Assembly (NCBI GenBank): GCA_005881295.1
Contig: VBHS01000291.1
Location: 1-24,149, forward strand
Source of the DNA: Chloroflexota bacterium
Lineage (GTDB): Bacteria > Chloroflexota > Ktedonobacteria > Ktedonobacterales > Ktedonobacteraceae
Length of the DNA: 24,149 bases
Direction of reading: 5' to 3'
The translations under genes were made by a program, and so were the position numbers. Below the pieces are notes generated by a model, which worked only from the letters and a program-made list of their open reading frames with translations, made no database searches and had not been told where the DNA came from. Positions 1 through 6,898 of this stretch are shown piece by piece. The first letter of the stretch is position 1. Every line of letters begins with the position of its first letter.

Positions 1-359
1 TACCTGGCATCCATGAGGGGAGCCACAATACACTTCTGATCTCTAGCATTATAGAGCACGCAGCTTAATAATGTCCACAAGAAATTACCTGACGCTTGCA
101 TATCTCTTCTCCTAAGATACCACACTTCTCAGGAGAGGTGTTCCGGTTCCATAAGTGCCAGCACTGCGGCTTCGTCATCGCTCTGTGGCTTATAGCGATC
201 AGTGGCCTGGTCGATCTCCCAGACCCACCCTCTTCGTATGATATATCGCCACTTAAGATTTGACGAGTTATTAATATCGGCAAGTTATACGAACTACCTT
301 ATCATCTTGTATATTTTTTCCAGCGCAAGGAGTGCAAAAAGACACCACTGTGGCTCTGG

Positions 360-379
360 AAGGCAAGTTACCTTGCCTT
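360..379. promoter_or_regulatory. Perfect 8-bp inverted repeat just upstream of the -35 of the PolX-like gene; possible operator
   Basis: AAGGCAAG-ttac-CTTGCCTT, ending 6 nt before the TTGACA at 386. Confidence 0.35.
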
Positions 380-385
380 GAATAT

Positions 386-414
386 TTGACATCGCTTCCA
401 TAATGTGCTAAAAT
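386..414 (+). promoter_or_regulatory. sigma70-type promoter with extended -10
   Basis: TTGACA (386-391), 17-nt spacer, TGc-TAAAAT (406-414). Confidence 0.75.
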
Positions 415-416
415 TA

Positions 417-428
417 GAACATGATTTC
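417..428. promoter_or_regulatory. Imperfect LexA (SOS) box near the predicted transcription start
   Basis: GAAC-ATGA-TTTC, one mismatch to the GAAC-N4-GTTC box of Firmicutes, Actinobacteria and Chloroflexota; 2 nt downstream of the -10 of a DNA-repair-type gene. Confidence 0.45.
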
Positions 429-536
429 AATGTATTTTTTACACTAACTCAACGTTTCGTATGGTCTCATATATTGTATTCACTTATCACAATCAAAGGG
501 CTTACCAGTTAAGCTAAGACGAGGAGCGGGCCAGCC

Positions 537-1154
537 ATGAGTATTATGCAGCTCACCCAAACTATTCAAATTATTCCTACAACCTCTGGTTCGTATAACA
601 AACATACCAGGCAACCTATGCTGCCAGGTCTGGAGCTAGAGCATGAAAAAGCACCCGTGGTGACGAATCGCCAGATTGCAGAGGTTCTTTCCAGTATCGC
701 CAGCATGCTGGAAAATCAAAATAGCAACCCCTATCGTATTCAGGCCTATCGCAATGCAGCACGCGGTATCCTGGATCTAAATGAACCGGCGGCCGATATT
801 CTCGCGCGTGGCGAGGAACTAGCTGTACCAGGGTTGGGACAGCGATTACGAACACGCATTAAAGAACTGGTGGAAACCGGTACATTGACATTTTACAATG
901 ACCTCTTTATGCAATCTCTCCCGCCCGAAGTACGTAGGTTGATGGCAGTTGAACATGTCGGTCCGCGGACCGCCATTCGTCTCCATGAGGAATTGAACAT
1001 CGACACCCCAGAGAAGCTCTGGTGGGCTGCCCATAATCATCGTATTCGTAATTTGCCGGGTTTCGGACCGCGCAGCGAATTACGGCTGAAAGAAGCTGCC
1101 GCTCGAATACGCAAGAGCAGCAACACCACCACCTCACTCGATGGCGCAGCCTGA
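537..1154 (+). CDS. Stand-alone PolX N-terminal (8-kDa plus fingers) helix-hairpin-helix protein, no polymerase palm or PHP domain
   Basis: NRQIAEVL...NPYRIQAYRNAA is the PolX N-terminal signature; HhH motifs VPGLGQRL, VEHVGPRTA, LPGFGPRS; stops after 205 aa; RBS AGGAG at 522-526. Confidence 0.85.
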   Translation: MSIMQLTQTIQIIPTTSGSYNKHTRQPMLPGLELEHEKAPVVTNRQIAEVLSSIASMLENQNSNPYRIQAYRNAARGILDLNEPAADILARGEELAVPGLGQRLRTRIKELVETGTLTFYNDLFMQSLPPEVRRLMAVEHVGPRTAIRLHEELNIDTPEKLWWAAHNHRIRNLPGFGPRSELRLKEAAARIRKSSNTTTSLDGAA

Positions 1155-1180
1155 GTTAGTTGCAGAATACACCAACCAGC

Positions 1181-1220
1181 AAAAGAGAGACAAATCACCC
1201 CTTTGTCTCTCTTTTCTTTT
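1181..1220 (+). terminator. Rho-independent terminator
   Basis: 14-bp perfect stem AAAAGAGAGACAAA / TTTGTCTCTCTTTT, 7-nt loop, T-rich tail. Confidence 0.8.
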
Positions 1221-1335
1221 ACCCGCATCATCGTTAAGAATAACTCTCGAGGATATGGTAGAATGGATTATTGAAAGATCGTCAATACTCCAGTCACTCT
1301 ATGATCTACTGTTTTTCCCATGTAGGAGGCTATCT

Positions 1336-2694
1336 ATGTCCGAGAGCATTTCTCACCTTGACATACCCGGTCCAAAATCGCGTGAATTGCTGGCACGCCG
1401 CCAGGAGTTCGTGGCGCGAGGTGTTTCATCCTCTATGAACGTATTTGCAGCGAAAGCAGATGGAGCCATCATCGAAGATGTAGATGGTAATCGCTATATC
1501 GACTTCGCAGGTGGCATCGGCGCCATGAATATTGGCCACGCCCGGCCAGAGGTGACGAAAGCTATCGCTGAACAGGCAGCCAGGTTCACACATACCTGCT
1601 TTAGCGTGATGATGTACGAACCCTATGTTGCGCTGGCTGAACGAATCGTACAGCTGGCACCTGGCGATTTCGCAAAAAAGGCTCTTTTTCTTAACAGCGG
1701 GGCAGAAGCCGTCGAAAATGCTGTCAAAATCGCTCGTTATGCCACCGGACGCCCCGCCATTATCACCTTTGATAATGGCTATCATGGCCGTACTTTGATG
1801 ACTATGACCATGACCGCCAAGGTCAAGCCCTACAAATATCGCTTTGGTCCCTATGCAACAGAAGTCTATCGAGCTCCATTCCCCTACCCCTATCGCATGA
1901 ATATGGCACCTCAGGATGCCTCCGCCTACTGCATCCAGGAGCTTGAGCGCATGTTCGTTGGCGAAGTAGCTCCCGACCAGGTAGCGGCCATCGTCGTCGA
2001 ACCGGTCCAGGGTGAAGGTGGTTTTATGGTTGCACCTCCAGGCTTTCTACGAGCGCTCAAGGCCATCTGCGAAAAACACGGTATCCTCTTTGTTGCCGAC
2101 GAGATTCAATCCGGCTTCTGCCGCACCGGCCAGATGTTCGCGGTAGAGCACGACCAGGTAGCACCAGAACTCATGATTATTGCAAAATCGATGGGGGCTG
2201 GTATGCCTATCAGCGGTGTCGTTGGACGTGCCGATATCATGGATGCACCACCGCCCGGAACACTTGGAGGAACCTACAGTGGAAATCCCGTGGCCTGTGC
2301 AGCTGCGCTAGCTGTTCTCGACCTTTATGAAAAAGAGGATCTTGCTGCTCGTTCGCGCGATGTGGGACAAGCTGTTATAAAACGCTTCGTAAAACTTCAA
2401 GAGAAGTACTCCCTGGTTGGCGATGTACGTGGTCTGGGGGGTATGGTCGCGATGGAACTGGTAAAAGACCGCGGAACAAAAGAACCGGACTCTCAGGCAA
2501 CAAGCGATATCTTAGCTGCCGCACACAAACGCGGGCTCGTGCTCATTAAGGCGGGCATGTACGATAACGTCCTGCGTGTCCTCGTTCCGCTCTGTGTTAC
2601 TGATGAGCAATTGCAGCAAGGCTTAGACATCTTTGAGGATGCCTTTACCTCTGTTGCTGAAGCAGCCATTGCCACAACCAGTTCTGTAGGCTAA
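1336..2694 (+). CDS. gabT: 4-aminobutyrate (or 5-aminovalerate) aminotransferase, class III PLP enzyme, 452 aa
   Basis: DFAGGIG, NSGAEAVENAVKIAR, YHGRT, EPVQGEGG, DEIQSGFCRTG, AKS (PLP lysine), GGTYSGNP; start moved to ATG 1336 behind AGGAGG (1324-1329). Confidence 0.9.
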   Translation: MSESISHLDIPGPKSRELLARRQEFVARGVSSSMNVFAAKADGAIIEDVDGNRYIDFAGGIGAMNIGHARPEVTKAIAEQAARFTHTCFSVMMYEPYVALAERIVQLAPGDFAKKALFLNSGAEAVENAVKIARYATGRPAIITFDNGYHGRTLMTMTMTAKVKPYKYRFGPYATEVYRAPFPYPYRMNMAPQDASAYCIQELERMFVGEVAPDQVAAIVVEPVQGEGGFMVAPPGFLRALKAICEKHGILFVADEIQSGFCRTGQMFAVEHDQVAPELMIIAKSMGAGMPISGVVGRADIMDAPPPGTLGGTYSGNPVACAAALAVLDLYEKEDLAARSRDVGQAVIKRFVKLQEKYSLVGDVRGLGGMVAMELVKDRGTKEPDSQATSDILAAAHKRGLVLIKAGMYDNVLRVLVPLCVTDEQLQQGLDIFEDAFTSVAEAAIATTSSVG

Positions 2695-2703
2695 CTCGCT
2701 CCT

Positions 2704-2737
2704 CTATGGAGGCAGCCTGAAAAGCATGCCTCCATAG
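2704..2737. terminator. Hairpin between convergent genes
   Basis: CTATGGAGGCA / TGCCTCCATAG 11-bp stem between the gabT stop and the convergent aminotransferase stop. Confidence 0.65.
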
Positions 2738-2748
2738 TGGTACAAGCA

Positions 2749-3591
2749 TCAAAAGTCACCCTGCTCTATCATCTCGATAAACCGCTGTTCCAGTTCATAG
2801 GTTCGCCGACCGGGCAGCCCTTTACCAATCTTCAGTTCGTCGATTTGTACAACAGGCATTATTTCTTTGGATGAGGAGGTGATGAACGCCTCGTCAGCCA
2901 GTGCCAATTCATCCAGCAATATTGGACGTTCTTCAATTGGGAAGCGCTCCATAGCCAGGTCCAGGACGACATTGCGTGTGATTCCCTTCAGTACGCCTGC
3001 CCCCGGTGTTATCAGTGTATCCCCCCGAAAAATAAAAAAGTTACTGCGTGTGGCCTCAAGGACGTGGCCCTGCTCATCGACATAGAGGGCATCTGAAGCA
3101 TTTCGTCGAGCAGCTTCTTTCAAAGCTCGTATGGCCACAACATAATTGGTTGTCTTCGCATCAGGCTCAGTTCGCTGTAAGCGAGTAGTTATGAGCCTAT
3201 ATCCCTGGGCGAAACGCTCCATATCCCGCTCGCCCAACGCGGTAATCAACACGGCAAGCGTTGGTTTCCTCGTGGGAAGAATGCTATCTTCACTCTCTCC
3301 TCCTGTGACAAGAATGCGAATCGCAGCATGTTTATATGTATTTCGTTCGATTACCTCGCGAATAATAGCCGCGAGAGACTCACGGGACCAGGGTATCTCC
3401 AATTCAATCAATTCAGCAGAACGATAGAGACGAGTGAGATGCTTATCCAGGTGAAATGGACGCCTGTTATATGTGCGCAGCGCCTCAAAGGCGCTGTAAC
3501 CACGCAATACCGCGACATCGTTGATCGATATCACCGCTCCATCAGGATGAACCCACTGCCCACCAACATACCATAATGCCTGCTTATCCAT
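2749..3591 (-). CDS. PLP fold-type IV aminotransferase (D-amino acid / branched-chain family), 280 aa
   Basis: LRGYSAFEALRTY, HLTRLYRSA, AKTTNY (catalytic Lys), EATRSNFF, LKGITR, EAFITSS; start at ATG 3591 behind AAGGAG. Confidence 0.9.
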   Translation of the reverse strand: MDKQALWYVGGQWVHPDGAVISINDVAVLRGYSAFEALRTYNRRPFHLDKHLTRLYRSAELIELEIPWSRESLAAIIREVIERNTYKHAAIRILVTGGESEDSILPTRKPTLAVLITALGERDMERFAQGYRLITTRLQRTEPDAKTTNYVVAIRALKEAARRNASDALYVDEQGHVLEATRSNFFIFRGDTLITPGAGVLKGITRNVVLDLAMERFPIEERPILLDELALADEAFITSSSKEIMPVVQIDELKIGKGLPGRRTYELEQRFIEMIEQGDF

Positions 3592-3911
3592 ACAAATGTG
3601 CTCCTTACCGAGAACGTTCTTTCGTTTTTCTCTCTCCCGCCATATATTGTACACCCATCGCTGCAAAACATCAGACGTGTTCGCATCTACAGGTTAAAGC
3701 TCACCTGATAGCACATCCACCTGGGGAAATGCCTTCCAACCCATAAGACCCCCTATGCGTATACATAGCGTAGTCGAAATGAAGAACAAAAGAGGCTACG
3801 CTACAAAAGAGCTCGCCATGCACTATCTTTCAGGCTCGTGTAAAAAAGCATGATAGTGGGGTTCGTAGTTCATAACCAACAAGTGATACATTAAGAAGGA
3901 GAAGGAGAAGC

Positions 3912-4244
3912 ATGTCACAGACAGAACCAAATGTAGAACAAAGGCAAGGGTTCCAGGATGAATTGCAAGTAATGGGCGAACAGCTGCTTTCTAAAGTGAA
4001 AGAACTCGTCCATGAAGGTAATGTACGGCGCATCATCATCAAGCAAGGGGGAAACACTATCATGGAGTTCCCCTTGAATGTTGGTCTCGTGGGTGTTGTC
4101 CTGGCCCCAACACTTGCCGCAATCGGAGCCGTTGGCGCACTGCTCGCCCAATGCTCCATTGAGGTTGTCCGTACAGAGCGCCCCGCTGAAGCTGCGAAAA
4201 GCACAGTCGAGGAAGTTATGCGCGACGAGCCACCCGCATTATAA
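3912..4244 (+). CDS. DUF4342 domain protein
   Basis: KVKELVHEGNVRRIIIK...EFPLNVGLVGVVLAPTLAAIGA..AL...CSIEVVR; RBS AAGGAG upstream. Confidence 0.8.
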   Translation: MSQTEPNVEQRQGFQDELQVMGEQLLSKVKELVHEGNVRRIIIKQGGNTIMEFPLNVGLVGVVLAPTLAAIGAVGALLAQCSIEVVRTERPAEAAKSTVEEVMRDEPPAL

Positions 4245-4270
4245 CGCCAATTGCTCACGTTCAAGACTCT

Positions 4271-4324
4271 GGATTGAGATCAAGACTGCTGAGATCACAG
4301 TCGTTTTGATCTCAATCCTTTTTT
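4271..4324 (+). terminator. Rho-independent terminator
   Basis: 13-bp stem GGATTGAGATCAA / TTGATCTCAATCC with inner GACT/AGTC pairing, followed by T6. Confidence 0.75.
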
Positions 4325-4403
4325 GGGTCGAACCCTGAGTCAATTAAACCAGGAAAAAGAGAGTGTTTACCAGTTTCCACCCATTTCTGGTTTTTGCCTG
4401 CAA

Positions 4404-6896
4404 CTATTTATCAAGTGCTACAACACCCAACATATGCCCCTTCACCAGGGGCACACCTTTTTTTGCCCGTGTAAATGCTTTTAGCTCAACCGCTTTGATG
4501 GCTGTGACCTGTTCACCATCTTCGTTTTTCCAGGTCAGCAGCAGGTGATCTTTCTCATCTATAATCATCGTCAGCAACACGCGGTCCCTGTCAACAAGTT
4601 CAGTAGTCACGATACCCGCCGTCGCACGCCCCTTCGGGGGATACTGGCTCAATGGCACCTTCTTGCCCAGCCCGCTCTCGGTGACCACCAGCAAGCTCAG
4701 GAAATTGCCACTGTCAGTAGAAATCTCACTATCCAGGTAGGAGGCGCTTACAACTTGAGCATCCGGCCCTAAAGCAATGGCAGCCACTCCCTGGCCCACA
4801 CGTCCCTGCGCTCGCAATGCATCATCTTTGAATCGCAAAGTCTGCGCGGTATTCGTCGTCACGAAGTATTCACCCTGCCCTCGAGAAAGCAGTGCAACAG
4901 CAACAGCGTCACCGTCAGCCAGTTTCATGTCCTGTAAACCATCAACGTCCGCGGTCTTATAATCGCTCAAAGGTGACTTCTTCACTTTCCCCATTCTGCT
5001 AAAGGTAACGAGATAGCGATCCTCATCATAGTTCTCTACAGGCAACACGGTCACTATCTCTTCGCCTTGAGCCAAACCCAACAATTTGCGCACAGGCTCG
5101 CCTTTTGCCGAACGATTTCCGGTTGGGATGCGATGAGCCGCGATTTGGAAGACCCTTCCGCTTGAAGAGACACACAAAACATAATCTTGTGACGTGGCTG
5201 CGACGACCTGGCGCAGTTGCTCATCGCCGCGAACAGGCGTATAGATCGCTGCACCATTTTTTCCCCTGGGAACAAACGTATCTGCTGGCAGCGCTTTGAG
5301 CGTACCAGCACGTGTAAAGGCAATAGCGAGGGGCTCTCGTTCGTGCAGACTGGCAACTTCTTTAATGGGCTCATGAACCTGGCCCTCCACGTCGATAGTT
5401 GTCCGGCGCTCGTCGCCAAATTGCTTGATGAGCTGTTGCATCTCTTTCTTCAAAAGCAGCAGCATCGCCTTGCGATCTGAAAGGAGGTGTTGTAACTCGC
5501 CGATCCGTGTCTGCAATTCTACTTTTTCCCTGGCGTATTTGCTTGCGTCTAGCCGCGTTACCTGGGCCAGCGTCATCGAGGCAATAACTTCCGACTGGAT
5601 AAGTGTGAGCTTATACGTCTTCTCGATAACCTGGCGAGCAGCCGCCCGATCCTCGGCCTGCTGGAAAATCTTGACAATCTTATCAGCGTTGGCCGCACCA
5701 ACAATCAACCCCTCGACGATATGCAATCGTTCCTCCGCCTTGCGCAATTCAAACTGCGTTCGCCGAGTTAATACGTCCATCTGGTGCGTATTCCAGTAAT
5801 TGAGCAGATCGATCATACCCACCTGTTTGGGTTGTCGCGCTGCCTGCATCGGCTCGCCGAAGAGAAACACTATCTGGAATGAAAGGGCAATTTGCAGATC
5901 TGTTTCGGCGAAGAGTTGCGAAAGCGCCTGTGCAGCATCGGCATCTTTCCGCAGCTCCAGCACAATGCGCATCCCTTTCTCAGTATCGCTTTCGTCGCGC
6001 ACATCAGGCAACAGGCCTTCCAACTTACGGGCGTTGATCGCCTTTACAATAGATGCCTTGACCTTGTCTCTCCCTATAGGAGGAATCTGCGTAACGATCA
6101 GCGAGCGACTGCGCGGCGTATCTTCCAGCCGTACCTCTGCACGTGCAATGATGCGTCCCTTGCCAGTGGCAAAATAGTCTTTTATGCCGTCAACGCCGAT
6201 GATTCTTCCCCCCTGGCAAAAATCTGGCCCTTGAATATACCTCATAAGCTGCTCGACATCCATGTTCGGTTGATCAAGCAGGGCGATACAGGCCCGCAAT
6301 ACCTCAACGAGGTTATGTGGCGGAATATTGGTGGAGAGGCCAACGGCGATGCCACTCGATGGATTGACGATAGGTGGAATCCTGCCTGGCAAGTAATCTG
6401 GCTCTAACACTTTCGGGTCTTGTTTATAGCTCGGATGCTGGGGAACTGTGTCGCTCTCCATATCGGCCATCAACGCTTCAGCCAGGGGAGAGAGGCGCAT
6501 CTCTGTATAGCGGTAGGCGGCAGGAGCATCGCCATCCTCACTTCCCATGTTCCCCTGTCCCTCAATTAAGGGATAGCGTAAGGTAAAAGGTTGTGCCATA
6601 CGTACAGCTGCGTCATATACCGAGGTATCGCCGTGTGGATGATAGTTACCTAAAATCAGGCCCACCACCTCTGCGCTTTTTACTGTGGGGCGAGTGGATA
6701 GGTAACGAGCCGCTCGCATTCCTGCTAGAATCCGCCGCTGCACCGGTTTTAAACCGTCTCGTGCATCAGGTAATGCGCGGTCAGTGACAACGGAAAGCCC
6801 ATAGGTCGCGAAAGCCTGGGCCATGATAACGGAGAAATCCTCTTCGCGGATAATTCCCGTTTCTACTGTAGTGCTATTATCGGTTATACGAGCCAT
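4404..6896 (-). CDS. parC: Type IIA topoisomerase subunit A, ParC-like (GyrA paralog without GyrA-box)
   Basis: DRALPDARDGLKPVQRRIL, YHPHGD, AAYRYTE (catalytic Tyr130), C-terminal beta-pinwheel repeats; no QRRGGKG and no acidic tail. The parC versus gyrA symbol is inferred. Confidence 0.85.
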   Translation of the reverse strand: MARITDNSTTVETGIIREEDFSVIMAQAFATYGLSVVTDRALPDARDGLKPVQRRILAGMRAARYLSTRPTVKSAEVVGLILGNYHPHGDTSVYDAAVRMAQPFTLRYPLIEGQGNMGSEDGDAPAAYRYTEMRLSPLAEALMADMESDTVPQHPSYKQDPKVLEPDYLPGRIPPIVNPSSGIAVGLSTNIPPHNLVEVLRACIALLDQPNMDVEQLMRYIQGPDFCQGGRIIGVDGIKDYFATGKGRIIARAEVRLEDTPRSRSLIVTQIPPIGRDKVKASIVKAINARKLEGLLPDVRDESDTEKGMRIVLELRKDADAAQALSQLFAETDLQIALSFQIVFLFGEPMQAARQPKQVGMIDLLNYWNTHQMDVLTRRTQFELRKAEERLHIVEGLIVGAANADKIVKIFQQAEDRAAARQVIEKTYKLTLIQSEVIASMTLAQVTRLDASKYAREKVELQTRIGELQHLLSDRKAMLLLLKKEMQQLIKQFGDERRTTIDVEGQVHEPIKEVASLHEREPLAIAFTRAGTLKALPADTFVPRGKNGAAIYTPVRGDEQLRQVVAATSQDYVLCVSSSGRVFQIAAHRIPTGNRSAKGEPVRKLLGLAQGEEIVTVLPVENYDEDRYLVTFSRMGKVKKSPLSDYKTADVDGLQDMKLADGDAVAVALLSRGQGEYFVTTNTAQTLRFKDDALRAQGRVGQGVAAIALGPDAQVVSASYLDSEISTDSGNFLSLLVVTESGLGKKVPLSQYPPKGRATAGIVTTELVDRDRVLLTMIIDEKDHLLLTWKNEDGEQVTAIKAVELKAFTRAKKGVPLVKGHMLGVVALDK

Positions 6897-6898
6897 TT

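Noticed and set aside
1141-1335. 65-aa N-terminal extension of gabT in the ORF track
   Set aside because: It overlaps the upstream gene and its terminator; AGGAGG supports ATG 1336
3592-3666. Longer start for the class IV aminotransferase
   Set aside because: AAGGAG precedes ATG 3591 and family similarity starts there
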